The translations under genes were made by a program, and so were the position numbers. Below the pieces are notes generated by a model that was given only the letters and a program-made list of their open reading frames with translations, was not told the origin of the DNA and did no database searches. DNA of 64,000 nt from contig OZ219926.1 in assembly GCA_964291405.2 (NCBI GenBank), forward strand, positions 4,257,958 to 4,321,957. The letters are read 5' to 3'. The DNA is from Thermodesulfobacteriota bacterium (GTDB lineage: Bacteria > Desulfobacterota > Binatia > Bin18). Shown here one piece after another: positions 44,472-54,675 of this stretch (position 1 is the stretch's first letter; each line of letters starts with the position of its first letter).

Positions 44472-44630
44472 TCAATACAGAATCACACTACGCGCTACTT
44501 CGCCTTTCTCCAGCCAGTCAAACGCGGTGTTGATATCTTCCAGGGTGATCCGCCGTGACACGAGCGCATCAATTTGGATCTCTTCGACTATCAGGGGCGC
44601 ATTGTATTCGTAAAAGACCGCGGCTTTCAT
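44472..44630 (-). pseudogene. 52-codon remnant of a zinc-type (MDR) alcohol dehydrogenase: N-terminus fused to C-terminus
   Basis: Own translation: MKAAVFYEYNAPLIVEEIQIDALVSRRITLEDINTAFDWLEKGEVARSVILY*. The first 20 or so aa match the MDR N-terminus and the last 30 or so aa match the MDR C-terminus (...ITLEDINxAFDxLxxGxxxRxVI). The 300 or so codons in between are missing. Confidence 0.7.
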
Positions 44631-44666
44631 GGGCCGGTCCTCTTTGAACAGTTGGTCTTCTCGAAT

Positions 44667-45257
44667 TTACAGGCTGCCTTTTGTGGATAAGACACCCTGA
44701 ACTCGGGGGTCATGCTCGACCGCACTGCTGAGCGCCCTAGCAAAAGCCTTGAAGCCAGCCTCGATAATGTGGTGGGGGTTCCGGCCCTGGGCCATATTCA
44801 GGTGCAGGTTCATGCCGACCTGATTCGTCAGGGCCAGAAAAAAGTCGTGGACCAGCTCCGTTGAAAAATTTCCCACCCTTTCCTGTTGAATCTCCAGATT
44901 ATAGGCCAGAAACGGCCGCCCACTCAGGTCAACCACGCACGAGACCAGGGCTTCGTCCAGCGGCACGCTGGCATCACCGAAGCGGCGGATGCCGTGTTTG
45001 TCGCCCAGGGCTTCCCGGAGTGCTTGGCCGAGTGCCAGGCCGATGTCTTCAACCGTATGATGATCGTCCACCGCAATATCGCCGCTCGCCTGCACCCTGA
45101 GATTAAAAAAGCCGTGTCGGGCAAACAGTTCCAACATATGGTCAAGGAAGGGAACACCGGTCGAGACCTCGTACTGCCCTTCACCTTCGAGTTGGATACT
45201 CAGGCGGATATCGGTTTCATTGGTCTTTCGCTGGACATCAGCTTTGCGTGCGGCCAT
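44667..45257 (-). CDS. hisB: imidazoleglycerol-phosphate dehydratase
   Basis: [48 protein letters not shown] and [17 protein letters not shown]. Confidence 0.95.
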   Translation of the reverse strand: MAARKADVQRKTNETDIRLSIQLEGEGQYEVSTGVPFLDHMLELFARHGFFNLRVQASGDIAVDDHHTVEDIGLALGQALREALGDKHGIRRFGDASVPLDEALVSCVVDLSGRPFLAYNLEIQQERVGNFSTELVHDFFLALTNQVGMNLHLNMAQGRNPHHIIEAGFKAFARALSSAVEHDPRVQGVLSTKGSL

Positions 45258-46578
45258 GCCTGCCTCCGTCTAAACGATATTGCACGGCTCGGGCGTGGGC
45301 CTCAAGTCCCTCAAGCTCGGCCAGCCGCACCACTTCGGGACCCAAGGCAGACAGGGCCTGCGACGACGCCCGTATCACGCTGGTACGTTTCAAGAAGTCA
45401 TAGACGCCCAGAGGCGAGGAAAACCGAGCCGTCCCGCCGGTCGGCAGCACGTGGTTGGGTCCGGCGATATAATCGCCAAACGGTTCGGTCGAAAGATGCC
45501 CCAGAAAAATTGCTCCAGTGTGCCGAATATCCTTGACCCAGGCCTGCGGGTCTTTGACGGCCAGTTCCAGATGTTCAGGGGCAATCGCATTGGCCAGTTC
45601 CACGACTTCCTGACGATGCCGGGCGAGAATAACCGCGCCGAAGCGGCGTAGGGAGGCCGACGCGATGGCGCGCCGGGGAAGCCGGGCGAGCTGTTCGGTG
45701 AGTTCCCGGACCACCGCCTGTCCCAGGCGTCGGGACGTCGTCAGACACAGCGGGGCGGCCAGGGTGTCATGTTCCGCCTGGGAGAGCATATCGGCCGCAA
45801 TATAGTCGGGTCTGGCCGTCTGGTCGGCGATTACCAGAATCTCACTCGGCCCGGCAATCATATCGATATCAACCCGGCCAAAGACGAGCCGTTTGGCGGT
45901 CGCCACATAGATATTGCCCGGTCCGACGACTTTATCGACGCGTGGAATCGTCCGGGTGCCATACGCCAGGGCGGCTACCGCTTGGGCTCCGCCGACCCGA
46001 AAAAAGGCGTCCGCACCCGCAATACGAGCCGCAGCCAGCAGGGCGGGATTGTCTCCTTCGGGAGACGGCGGGGAGACCACGATAACTTCTTTGACCCCAG
46101 CAACCTTCGCTGGAATCACATTCATGAGCACCGAAGACGGATAGGCCGCGGTGCCGCCGGGAACATACACCCCGACCCGTTCAAGCGGTGTTATCTTCTG
46201 GCCCAGAGTGACTCCAAGCGCGTCACGATAGGTCCAGGATGACTGGCGCTGCTTGCGGTGAAAGCGCCGGATACGTTGGGCCGCGGCGCGTAGCGCTTTT
46301 CTGACGGGCGCTGCCAGGCTCTTGAGCGCGTACTCCATCTCGGCCTGGGTCGCGCCCAGTTCGTGAGGCGAGAGTGACACCTGATCGAATTTTTTGGTGA
46401 GAGCTATAAGCGCCCGGTCGCCGCGTTTGTGAACATCGTACAAAATGGAGCGGACCGCGGCTTCAACCTGGGCACTGGCGCTCTCGCCCCGCGACAGCAG
46501 TTTGTCCAGGTGCCGTTGGCAAGCCGCATCCGTTGTAGAGAGCAGCGGAACCAGAGCTTTTGCTGCGGAGCGTGTCAT
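45238..46578 (-). CDS. hisD: histidinol dehydrogenase
   Basis: [38 protein letters not shown] and [19 protein letters not shown] overlap with the murA stop. Confidence 0.95.
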   Translation of the reverse strand: MTRSAAKALVPLLSTTDAACQRHLDKLLSRGESASAQVEAAVRSILYDVHKRGDRALIALTKKFDQVSLSPHELGATQAEMEYALKSLAAPVRKALRAAAQRIRRFHRKQRQSSWTYRDALGVTLGQKITPLERVGVYVPGGTAAYPSSVLMNVIPAKVAGVKEVIVVSPPSPEGDNPALLAAARIAGADAFFRVGGAQAVAALAYGTRTIPRVDKVVGPGNIYVATAKRLVFGRVDIDMIAGPSEILVIADQTARPDYIAADMLSQAEHDTLAAPLCLTTSRRLGQAVVRELTEQLARLPRRAIASASLRRFGAVILARHRQEVVELANAIAPEHLELAVKDPQAWVKDIRHTGAIFLGHLSTEPFGDYIAGPNHVLPTGGTARFSSPLGVYDFLKRTSVIRASSQALSALGPEVVRLAELEGLEAHARAVQYRLDGGRHGRTQS

Positions 46579-47843
46579 TGGACGGGCCGATGTGTTTGGC
46601 GCTGGATTTTTGCCCCAAGCTGAGACAGCTTGGCCTCGATGTGTTCATAGCCGCGATCAAGATGGTAAATCCGGGCGACCTCCGTCTCACCGCGGGCTGC
46701 CAATCCGGCCAGGATCAGCGACACGCTGGCTCGCAAGTCGGTCGCCATGACGGGCGCACCGCTTAAAAACGCGACGCCCTGAATGGTTGCGGTATGGCCC
46801 TGGACATACACGTCGGCGCCTAAACGGACGAGTTCCTGGGCGTGCATAAAGCGATTCTCGAAAATGGTTTCGGTGATGCTGCTCTGCTCTTCACCCAAGG
46901 TCAGGAGCGCCATCATTTGTGCTTGCAGGTCGGTTGGAAAGCCTGGGTAGGGCTGAGTACTGAACTGGACGCCGGTCGGCCGTCCATTGCCCTGGACCCG
47001 AATCCCTTCCGGTTCGTGGCGAATGACGACACCTGCGCGCTGCAGGGTGTCCAAAAAGCTGGTGAGATGATCGGCGTGGGCACCCTGAACCAGAATGTTG
47101 CCCGACGTGATTGCACCGGCAATAAGAAAAGTCCCGGCCTCGACGCGATCGGGAATAACCTGATGGCTGACGCCGTGCAGTGCATCAACACCCTCAATCA
47201 CGATTGTCTGACTCCCTGCCCCATGAATACGAGCACCCATTGCAATAAGCATGGCTGCGAGGTCCTCAATTTCGGGTTCACGCGCGGCATTGTCCAGGAC
47301 GGTTGTTCCTGTGGCTAAGGTGGCCGCCATCATGAGGTTCTCTGTCGCGCCCACGGAGGGAAAATCGAGGCTGATACGCGCCCCCGTCAGCCGGTTGGCC
47401 CGCGCTTCGACATAGCCTTGTCGAATCCGTATGGATGCGCCAAGCTGCTGTAAGCCCGCCAGATGAATATTGACCGGACGGGTCCCAATGGCACAGCCGC
47501 CAGGGGTTGAAACGCGAGCCCGGCCAAAGCGAGCCAACAGCGGCCCAAGCACCAAAAACGACGCCCGCATGGTCTTGACCAGGTCATACGGCGCTTCAAA
47601 TTGACCGACCCGCTTGGCATCGAGTACGACCTCATCCGTACTGAGCCAATCCGCCCGCACCCCGAGTTCAGTCAGCAAGCTCAGGGCAGTCTGGATATCG
47701 ACCAGACGTGGCACGCCACGCAGGGTGCATTCCTCGTGGGTTAAAAGAGAGGCGAAGAGCAGCGGTAAGGCGGCATTTTTCGCGCCGCTGACCGTTACTT
47801 CCCCATGCAGGGGAATACCGCCTTGAATGAGAATCGTATCCAT
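46575..47843 (-). CDS. murA: UDP-N-acetylglucosamine 1-carboxyvinyltransferase
   Basis: [36 protein letters not shown] (active-site Cys) and [12 protein letters not shown]. Confidence 0.95.
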   Translation of the reverse strand: MDTILIQGGIPLHGEVTVSGAKNAALPLLFASLLTHEECTLRGVPRLVDIQTALSLLTELGVRADWLSTDEVVLDAKRVGQFEAPYDLVKTMRASFLVLGPLLARFGRARVSTPGGCAIGTRPVNIHLAGLQQLGASIRIRQGYVEARANRLTGARISLDFPSVGATENLMMAATLATGTTVLDNAAREPEIEDLAAMLIAMGARIHGAGSQTIVIEGVDALHGVSHQVIPDRVEAGTFLIAGAITSGNILVQGAHADHLTSFLDTLQRAGVVIRHEPEGIRVQGNGRPTGVQFSTQPYPGFPTDLQAQMMALLTLGEEQSSITETIFENRFMHAQELVRLGADVYVQGHTATIQGVAFLSGAPVMATDLRASVSLILAGLAARGETEVARIYHLDRGYEHIEAKLSQLGAKIQRQTHRPVQ

Positions 47844-47878
47844 AGAGCCCGTCCCGCTACCTCACCACTCGCTACTAC

Positions 47879-48955
47879 TCAACCAGCGGTCTTTTGGAAG
47901 ACAACCACCCGGTCCCGGCCAGCATAGTCTTGCCTGCACGTCTGGAAACGCAGGCGGCGCTGCTTGTATCCGAGCTGCACCTTTTGTCCAAGCTGCACTA
48001 GGGCGTCTTTTTGCGTCTCCCCAATTTCCGCGACGAGCCAGCCGTCAGGCCGTATGTAGTCTGGACTGTCGTACAACAGACGGCCGTAAAAATCGAGACC
48101 ATCCACTCCGCCGTCCAGGGCGGCCCGCGGCTCCCATAGTCGGACCTCGGGCTGAAGCGTGTCGAGCGCTTGAGAGGCGATATACGGGGGATTAGTCACG
48201 AGTAGGTCAAAGAATGGTCCGCCAGACGGCACGGGAGCGAGCAGGTCTCCACAGGCAAAGGTGATGCGGTGACCAACTTGATGCGTCTGGGCATTCTTTT
48301 GAGCAATGGACAGGCTTGTATGCGTCCTATCGACCGCCCAAATATGTGCGTTCGGCAATTCAGTCGCGAGGGCAACGGCAATGCAGCCGCTACCTGTCCC
48401 AATATCAAGGATACGTGGAGCGGTTATCCGAGACGATGCCAGCAGGCGTATGGCCGTCTCAACAAGGATTTCCGTATCGGGACGCGGAATAAGCACGCAG
48501 GGGTTGACCTGGAACTCCAGCGACCAGAATTCCTGGCGGCCGGTGATGTAGGCTACCGGCTCGCGTTGGGTCCGGCGGACCACGCTCTGTTGGAAGTCGG
48601 TTTTCTGAGAATCGGCAACCCTCTCTTGAAGTCGTCTGTACAGGCAAGACTTGCTGACGTGAAGCGTATGCGCCAGCAGGACTTCCGCGTCCAGGCGAGG
48701 CGTGTCTATATTGGCCGTCTTGAGCCTATGCTCGGCCCAGGCCACAAGCTGGGCGACCGTCTCAGCACGGGATAAGGAATCCGGCTGGAGACTTGGAGGA
48801 ATTGTGAGCGGGGTAGGGCGAGTCTGAACGTTTTTCACCGGAGACAACCCCGTCGGGCCGAATTCAATTCGCGGTAGCCTTGAGCGTTTCGGCCTGATGC
48901 GAAGTGATGAGGGCATCCACAACCGGGTCGAGCTCTCCATCAAGAATACGCTCAA
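47879..48955 (-). CDS. prmC: release-factor N5-glutamine methyltransferase
   Basis: [31 protein letters not shown] and VTNPPYI. The true start is uncertain; the ORF 5' end overlaps prfA by about 90 nt and may use a downstream non-ATG start. Confidence 0.85.
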   Translation of the reverse strand: MSVFLMESSTRLWMPSSLRIRPKRSRLPRIEFGPTGLSPVKNVQTRPTPLTIPPSLQPDSLSRAETVAQLVAWAEHRLKTANIDTPRLDAEVLLAHTLHVSKSCLYRRLQERVADSQKTDFQQSVVRRTQREPVAYITGRQEFWSLEFQVNPCVLIPRPDTEILVETAIRLLASSRITAPRILDIGTGSGCIAVALATELPNAHIWAVDRTHTSLSIAQKNAQTHQVGHRITFACGDLLAPVPSGGPFFDLLVTNPPYIASQALDTLQPEVRLWEPRAALDGGVDGLDFYGRLLYDSPDYIRPDGWLVAEIGETQKDALVQLGQKVQLGYKQRRLRFQTCRQDYAGRDRVVVFQKTAG

Positions 48956-49949
48956 GAGTGTGGAGCGTCATATTGATCCGATGGTCGGTCATGCGCGACT
49001 GGGGGAAATTATAGGTGCGTATCCGCTCGGAGCGATCTCCCGAGCCGACCATGCTCCGCCGCGAAGCCGTGATTTCGCTCTGTTGTTCTGCTTGTGCCCG
49101 TTCGAGCAGTCGAGAACGCAGAATTTTAAGCGCCTTGGCTTTGTTCTTGTGCTGCGATTTCTCATCTTGGCAGGAGACCACGAGGTTGGTTGGTAGATGC
49201 GTAATGCGGACGGCCGAATCCGTGGTGTTGACACTTTGTCCGCCTGGACCGGAGGACCGAAAAACATCGATACGGAGCTCTTTTTCGTCAATGGCGATAT
49301 CGACCTCATCCGCTTCAGGCAGGACTGCGACTGTGACGGCCGAGGTGTGAATTCGACCCGACGCTTCCGTCTCGGGAACCCGCTGGACGCGATGCACCCC
49401 GCCCTCGAATTTGAGACGGCTGTAGGCATTCTTGCCCGTGACCATGCTGATGATTTCCTTAAATCCACCCAGGCCGGTTGGGCTCGAACCCAGCACATCC
49501 ATACGCCAGTTGCGCTGTTCGGCATAATGCGAATACATCCGAAACAGGTCGGCGGCAAACAGACTTGCTTCCTCGCCTCCGGTGCCGGCCCGGATTTCAA
49601 GAATTACGTTTTTTTCGTCAAGCGGGTCTTTGGGAAGCAGCAGGAGATGGAGGTGGTCTTCAAGCTGGGTGGCCCGTTGGCTCAGACCCTCGATCTCTTC
49701 TTGCGCCAGATCGCGCATGTCCGGGTCGCTATCTTCAAGCAGGGCTTTGCTGCCTTCGAGGTCCGCATGGACTTTGCGCCATTCCCGAAAGCACGTAACG
49801 ACCTCTTCCAGGGCGGCGTGCTCCTTGGCCAGCTTGGCATACTCCTTGGCGTCACTGGCGACCTCGGGACGGCCCAGCGTGCGTTCCACTTCTTCGTAAC
49901 GCTTCTCAACTTCAGAGAGTTTTTCGCCCAACGCAACGGCTTCACTCAT
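48864..49949 (-). CDS. prfA: peptide chain release factor 1
   Basis: [17 protein letters not shown] (PxT-type motif) and [11 protein letters not shown] (GGQ). Start is at the internal ATG 49949. Confidence 0.93.
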   Translation of the reverse strand: MSEAVALGEKLSEVEKRYEEVERTLGRPEVASDAKEYAKLAKEHAALEEVVTCFREWRKVHADLEGSKALLEDSDPDMRDLAQEEIEGLSQRATQLEDHLHLLLLPKDPLDEKNVILEIRAGTGGEEASLFAADLFRMYSHYAEQRNWRMDVLGSSPTGLGGFKEIISMVTGKNAYSRLKFEGGVHRVQRVPETEASGRIHTSAVTVAVLPEADEVDIAIDEKELRIDVFRSSGPGGQSVNTTDSAVRITHLPTNLVVSCQDEKSQHKNKAKALKILRSRLLERAQAEQQSEITASRRSMVGSGDRSERIRTYNFPQSRMTDHRINMTLHTLERILDGELDPVVDALITSHQAETLKATAN

Positions 49950-50045
49950 AATCGTAACCGGGGGCCAGAGCGGAGACAAATATAATAAGGGGCGGTAGAA
50001 AACCGCCCCTCCGCTCGGTCTTGCTCTGCGTCCGTCCGACGCAGG

Positions 50046-50321
50046 CTATGCGTCTTCTTCTTTCTTCTCCGGGTCTTGCAACCCATATCTCCGACGAAAG
50101 CGTTCAACTCGTCCTGCTGTATCAACAATGCGTTGTTTCCCGGTGTAGAACGGATGGGACGCGCTCGAAATATCGAGTCTATACAACGGATAGGTCTTGC
50201 CGTCTTCCCACTCAATCGTTTCGTTCGTCTCGATACACGCCCGCGTGAGGAAGGCGAAGTTCGCCGAGGTGTCCTGAAAGACGACATCTCGGTACGTTTC
50301 TGGATGAATTCCTGCTTTCAT
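50046..50321 (-). CDS. rpmE: 50S ribosomal protein L31, type B (no CxxC zinc motif)
   Basis: [19 protein letters not shown]...[31 protein letters not shown]. It lacks the paired Cys motifs of type A. GGAGG RBS. Confidence 0.9.
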   Translation of the reverse strand: MKAGIHPETYRDVVFQDTSANFAFLTRACIETNETIEWEDGKTYPLYRLDISSASHPFYTGKQRIVDTAGRVERFRRRYGLQDPEKKEEDA

Positions 50322-50385
50322 TCTCAACCTCCAGCGGCTAGTATTACCATCTCGTCAGATGGGCCGCAACTCAAGCGAGGAAGGT

Positions 50386-51558
50386 ATGGACGCAGAGCGC
50401 TTGCACGAGATTCAGCACGCATTGCAAGAGGAAACGCTCGACGGGTGGCTGTTTTACGATTTTCGGGGCAGTGACCCGCTCGCCTACCGCATTCTCGGGC
50501 TCGATGAAACTGAGCTGTCGACGCGACGCTGGTATTACTTCATTCCGGCCGAGGGTGTGCCAATCGGACTCGTTTCCAGCATTGAGCCGTATCGTCTGGA
50601 TCGCCTGCCCGGACCAAAGCTGCCGTTTTTTACCTGGCAGCAGCACGCAGAACGCTTAGCCGAGTTGCTGCGTAACCGGCGGCGTATTGCCATGCAGTAT
50701 TCACCGGGGAATGCCATCCCGTACATCTCGCGTGTTGACGCCGGCACAATTGAAACCATCCGTCAGCTTGGGGTTGAGGTGGTCTCGTCTGCGGACCTGG
50801 TGCAGCGCTTTGAAGCGGTCTGGACCCCAGAGCAATGGCAGAGTCATCGCCGCGCGGCCACGGTGGTCCGCCAGACGGTTGACGCTGCCTTTGGCTATTT
50901 GAGAGACAACGCGCCGGTGTCTGAGTATCAGGTGCAGCAATTCATCCTGGATTGCTTTGCCCAACATGGGCTGACGACCTACTATCCGCCTGTGGTGGCT
51001 GCCAACATCCATAGCGCGGACCCGCACTACACGCCAACGGCCGAGCAGACGGCGCTGATTCGGCCTGGTGACTTTGTGCTGATTGACCTGTGGGCCAAAG
51101 AGCCGGACGGGGTATATGCCGATATCACCTGGACCGGTTTTATGGACAAGGTTGTCCCCGGGCGCTATCAGGAGATATTTCAACTCGTTCGTGAGGCGCG
51201 TGATGCCGCGATATCCTTTGTGAAAGAAAGTGTGACAAGCGGCCAGACGTTTTTCGGTCATGAAGTTGATGCCGCGTCCCGAAGCGTTATTGCCAATGCC
51301 GGCTATGGTGACCAGTTTTTTCACCGCACCGGCCACTCTATCGGTACGGAGGTCCACGGCAATGGTGCGAATATGGACGGCGTCGAGACCCGTGATACGC
51401 GCCGGGTGCTGCCCCATACCTGTTTCTCGGTCGAGCCTGGGATTTATCTGGCCGGAGACTTTGGGGTGCGTAGCGAGGTTGACGTCTATATCACCGAGAA
51501 TGAAGCGATTGTGACCGGTGATCCGGTCCAAACGGAAGTCATCCCGATTCTCACATAA
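50386..51558 (+). CDS. M24-family metallopeptidase (Xaa-Pro aminopeptidase / creatinase-like)
   Basis: DFVLIDLWA, FFHRTGHSIGTEVHGNG and FSVEPGIYL. ATG 50386 is preceded by GAGGAAGG. Confidence 0.8.
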   Translation: MDAERLHEIQHALQEETLDGWLFYDFRGSDPLAYRILGLDETELSTRRWYYFIPAEGVPIGLVSSIEPYRLDRLPGPKLPFFTWQQHAERLAELLRNRRRIAMQYSPGNAIPYISRVDAGTIETIRQLGVEVVSSADLVQRFEAVWTPEQWQSHRRAATVVRQTVDAAFGYLRDNAPVSEYQVQQFILDCFAQHGLTTYYPPVVAANIHSADPHYTPTAEQTALIRPGDFVLIDLWAKEPDGVYADITWTGFMDKVVPGRYQEIFQLVREARDAAISFVKESVTSGQTFFGHEVDAASRSVIANAGYGDQFFHRTGHSIGTEVHGNGANMDGVETRDTRRVLPHTCFSVEPGIYLAGDFGVRSEVDVYITENEAIVTGDPVQTEVIPILT

Positions 51559-51572
51559 GGAAAGCCGAACCT

Positions 51573-51893
51573 ATGGCAAAAGTGTGGTTTATCCAACAGC
51601 AAAATCGGTTGCTTGCCGTTGGCGGCAAGCCGGCCTATGAGCGGCCTTTTGAGACTATTCAGTGGCCTTTGGATATTGGCGTCCATCGGTTTTATACGGA
51701 CCAGGCTCCCACGCTTGGCTCCAGCCTGCCGACTCAGGAGGTGTCATCCGCCGACCTGGTGCTGGTCGAACTCCAGGGGAGTGACGTTGCGGCCGGGTCG
51801 AGCTATAAGGTCGGTTTCTACTCGTCTCCGTATTCTCCCCACGCGGTTGCCGAGCGACTCGGCCAACCCTGGGTCGAGGACTCCACGGCCTAA
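51573..51893 (+). CDS. hypothetical protein
   Basis: 106-aa ORF 14 nt downstream of the peptidase gene on the same strand. No recognisable family. Its coding status rests only on position and length. Confidence 0.3.
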   Translation: MAKVWFIQQQNRLLAVGGKPAYERPFETIQWPLDIGVHRFYTDQAPTLGSSLPTQEVSSADLVLVELQGSDVAAGSSYKVGFYSSPYSPHAVAERLGQPWVEDSTA

Positions 51894-52309
51894 TCCCGCG
51901 TCCGACACCGTTCCGCGGGAATCGCCAACTGTGCGATCAAATACGCCTTGAAGCTTGCGGCGTAGGGTTGTTGCTCCAGCGCCTGTTGCATACAGGACAG
52001 CCAGGCATCGCGCTGTTTCGTCCCGATGTGCAGATGGGCATGCGCACTCGGAATCCTGATCGGGCCGTATTTTTCGTGATACAGCTTCGGTCCGCCTAAC
52101 CAGCCGCATAAAAACCGGGCCAGTTTGTCTCGGGACTGGGTGAGATCAGCAGGGTGCATATTCCGAATTTCCTGGGCCTCGGGCAACCGTTCCATCAAAT
52201 CGTAAAAATCGTCGATCAACTGCCGTATCCCTGCCACACCGCCGGCGGCCTGAAATGAGGCCTTACCGTCGCCATAGCCGGGTTTTTCTGTATGCATGCG
52301 TGCCGTCAT
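51890..52309 (-). CDS. group II truncated haemoglobin (GlbO/YjbI-like)
   Basis: FQAAGGVAGIRQLIDDFYDLM, FLCGWLGGPKLYHEKYGPIRIPSAHAHLHIG and RDAWLSCMQQAL. Confidence 0.8.
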   Translation of the reverse strand: MTARMHTEKPGYGDGKASFQAAGGVAGIRQLIDDFYDLMERLPEAQEIRNMHPADLTQSRDKLARFLCGWLGGPKLYHEKYGPIRIPSAHAHLHIGTKQRDAWLSCMQQALEQQPYAASFKAYLIAQLAIPAERCRTRD

Positions 52310-52378
52310 GTCCTCAGCCCAGTTCTTCTGTTATGCTCCCTCGCCTGAGATATATGCTGTTCGGAAAGGATAGTCACC

Positions 52379-53290
52379 ATGTCAGACTTTGACCTCCGCA
52401 TTTTTTCCTATCTTCCTAACCCGCGCATTTGGAAGGCCACCATTGCGGCCCGCCTGTGCGATATCCGCATTGACATCCGAGGCAGTACTCCGCCTGACTT
52501 GCAGAACTGGCTGTGGGATTTTGAGGCTCGCCCGCTGACCGAAGAAGAAAAGACCGCTCCTCAGGAGACGGAACGGCAGGCCCGGGCCGGTTTTTCCGGC
52601 CGTTTGTTCAAGACGGATGCCTTTCTCGAAGCGCACCCGTTTGGGACGGTTCCGGCAGCCTTCAGTCCTGACGGCCAGACCGGGATTTTTGAATCGAACA
52701 GTATCATGCGCGCAGTCGGGCGTCTGGGGCAGAAGACCTATCCGGTGTATGGAACGGATGCGTATTCGGCGGCCCGCATTGATAGTTTTCTGGACGCCAG
52801 CCTGGTCTTTGCGCGCGACTCACAGATTTATCTCCTGGCCTTAATGGGTGGCAAGCTGACGGCGGATATTCATGCCAGGGCGAAAGACGCCTTTGGGATT
52901 TATCTCTCAGGCATTGAGCGGGGACTGACCGAACCGGGACTATCTCGTTGGCGATGCTATCACCTTGGCGGATATCTGCTTTGTGGCGGAAATGCCCTGT
53001 TCTCCAACGAAAAGGCCCAGGAGAAGCTGTTGGCCGACAATGGGTTGACCTGATATTCCATGTGGCGGAAGGAATATCCGCGAGCCTGGCGCATTTTCTC
53101 CCAACGAAAAGGCGCAGGAAAAGCTGTTGGCTGATAATGGGCTCGACCTAGTATTCCATGCCGACGCGGAAGCCGAATATCCGCGACGCGCTGGCGCTGG
53201 ATTTTACCAAGGCTGTCTCGAGCACGAGATAGCGTTCTGCGCCGGATGTGCCCAAGGCCTTATCCAATGGAGAAGCTGCAAAAACGGATT
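52379..53290 (+). pseudogene. GST-like gene with frameshifted and duplicated C-terminal region
   Basis: The N-domain is intact (FGTVPAAFSPDGQTGIFESNSIMRAVG). The canonical C-domain motif RDYLVGDAITLADICFVAEM is readable only in the +1 frame (52935-52994). The ORF frame resumes with LFSNEKAQEKLLADNGL and then stops at 53051. A degenerate second copy of the 3' region follows. Confidence 0.65.
53000..53197 (+). repeat. Imperfect tandem duplication (93 + 102 nt) of the GST 3' region
   Basis: 53000-53092 is TTCTCCAACGAAAAGGCCCAGGAGAAGCTGTTGGCCGACAATGGGTTGACC...ATATCCGCGAGCCTGGCGC. 53096-53197 is TTCTCCCAACGAAAAGGCGCAGGAAAAGCTGTTGGCTGATAATGGGCTCGACC...ATATCCGCGACGCGCTGGCGC. Confidence 0.85.
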
Positions 53291-53374
53291 GAGCGGCAGA
53301 GCGCCTAGACGAGGCGTGAGCCTTTACCGGTCTCTGGTCTCCTTGGCATGTGTCTGCCTGTTCCGGTTCAGGCT

Positions 53375-53532
53375 GAAACCTGGGTATCCGTCAGAGCTTC
53401 ACGATAGTGCCGGCACCTTCTTATACGAGGTGCGGGCTTCCAGCGCCCAAGGCCTTTACTTAGATACGTCTTCTTCCGCTCACCCCCCGGGGAACCAGCC
53501 TGACGGATACACTCGGGCCTACTCCGGTCAGT
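53375..53532 (-). pseudogene. Degenerate duplicate of the 3' end of the adjacent cvfB-like gene
   Basis: An exact 18-mer CCTGGGTATCCGTCAGAG occurs at 53379-53396 and 53855-53872. Colinear similarity follows (CAGCGC(GC)CCAAGGC, ATACGTCTTCTT, CTGMCGGATASACTCGGGCSTACTCCGGTC). The minus-frame text RPECIRQAGSPGGERKKTYLSKGLG parallels TPESIRQWFGVSKKTYKKALG. Confidence 0.65.
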
Positions 53533-53804
53533 GCCCCCCGTTTCCTGTGCAGGCCGGGTGTCCTTCCCGGTCATATCGCATGGCAATGTTCGTTCCCTGG
53601 CACTACACATAACCGGCTCGTATAACCGGCAGTTTTTCAAGGCCTCCAGCTCCGCGAAGTCTTTACGGCTCACGGCAACGCTCGCATCGGCCTGACGACT
53701 GGAAGGACTTCCGGTCACATCATCCGTTGTCCAATCCGTGCCAAGCGGATCCGTGCCACGTACCGCATAGGTTGTTCGCTGAAGGAACTCCATACAGCGC
53801 CCAG

Positions 53805-54668
53805 TCACCTGAACCTAACCCTGGTGCGAGCGCCCCGTGCAGATTTCAGACTGACCTGGGTATCCGTCAGAGTGGACTCTTCTCTTATCAGCGCGCCCAA
53901 GGCTTTTTTATACGTCTTCTTGCTCACCCCGAACCACTGCCGGATAGACTCGGGCGTACTCCGGTCGGTAACGGGAATCTGTCCGCCGTGTTGTTCCAGA
54001 GCGTCCAGAATTATCGCGCTGATATCCGAGACTTTTGCATATCCCGGCTTGTGCAGACAGACGTCAATCTTTCCGTCCGCTCGCACGGTTTTGACGAAGC
54101 CGGTCAGCCGTTGTCCGCTGTGAAGCGGCTGAAAGATGTCGCTGGAGTGCAACAGCCCCCAGTGTGCACGATTGATAATGATCTTGCGGCCCAGCGTCGT
54201 CTGGATACAGACGAAGAGGTCAACTTCCTGACCGACGTGGAGATCGGTCGCGGTATCGGACAGAAAGCGGTCGAGTTTTGCCGAGGCGACGACACGCTGA
54301 CTCCGCTCATCCAGATAGACTCTGACAATATAGGCGCGCCCCTTTTTCATCGGCGTGTTTTGTTCTCGAAAAGGAACCAGCAGGTCCTTGGGTAAACCCC
54401 AATCGAGAAAAGCGCCGACCGGTGTCTCGGCGGCGACCTTGAGCAGCGCAAAGTCGCCGACCATGGCCAATGGCGATTGCGTGGTGGCAACCGGACGATC
54501 CTCGGAATCCGTGTAGAGAAAAACGGTGAGGCGTTCACCTGTCCGGCACGTAGCGGGACCATCGGGCTGCGGGAGGAATATCTCGCCGAGTGCTCCCGCG
54601 TCGAGATAGACTCCCTTGTCCGTTGCCTTGACCACCTGGAGCGTATTCAGCCTGCCGATGTGTGGCAT
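53805..54668 (-). CDS. CvfB/YitL-family S1-like RNA-binding protein
   Basis: MPHIGRLNTLQVVKATDKGVYLDAG..., repeated S1-like segments, and a C-terminal winged-helix text STPESIRQWFGVSKKTYKKALGAL. Start is at the internal ATG 54668. Confidence 0.75.
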   Translation of the reverse strand: MPHIGRLNTLQVVKATDKGVYLDAGALGEIFLPQPDGPATCRTGERLTVFLYTDSEDRPVATTQSPLAMVGDFALLKVAAETPVGAFLDWGLPKDLLVPFREQNTPMKKGRAYIVRVYLDERSQRVVASAKLDRFLSDTATDLHVGQEVDLFVCIQTTLGRKIIINRAHWGLLHSSDIFQPLHSGQRLTGFVKTVRADGKIDVCLHKPGYAKVSDISAIILDALEQHGGQIPVTDRSTPESIRQWFGVSKKTYKKALGALIREESTLTDTQVSLKSARGARTRVRFR

Positions 54669-54675
54669 ATGGGCT

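Noticed and set aside
50328-50385. Zur box upstream of the type-B L31 gene
   Set aside because: Only a short CCATCT-N4-AGATGG palindrome is present, and it does not resemble the AT-rich Zur consensus I know.
53127-53808. ORFs 53127..53612 (+, 161 aa) and 53368..53808 (-, 146 aa) as real genes
   Set aside because: Both run through duplicated gene fragments (the GST tail copy and the cvfB tail copy) and overlap each other. Apart from those fragments they have no family resemblance.
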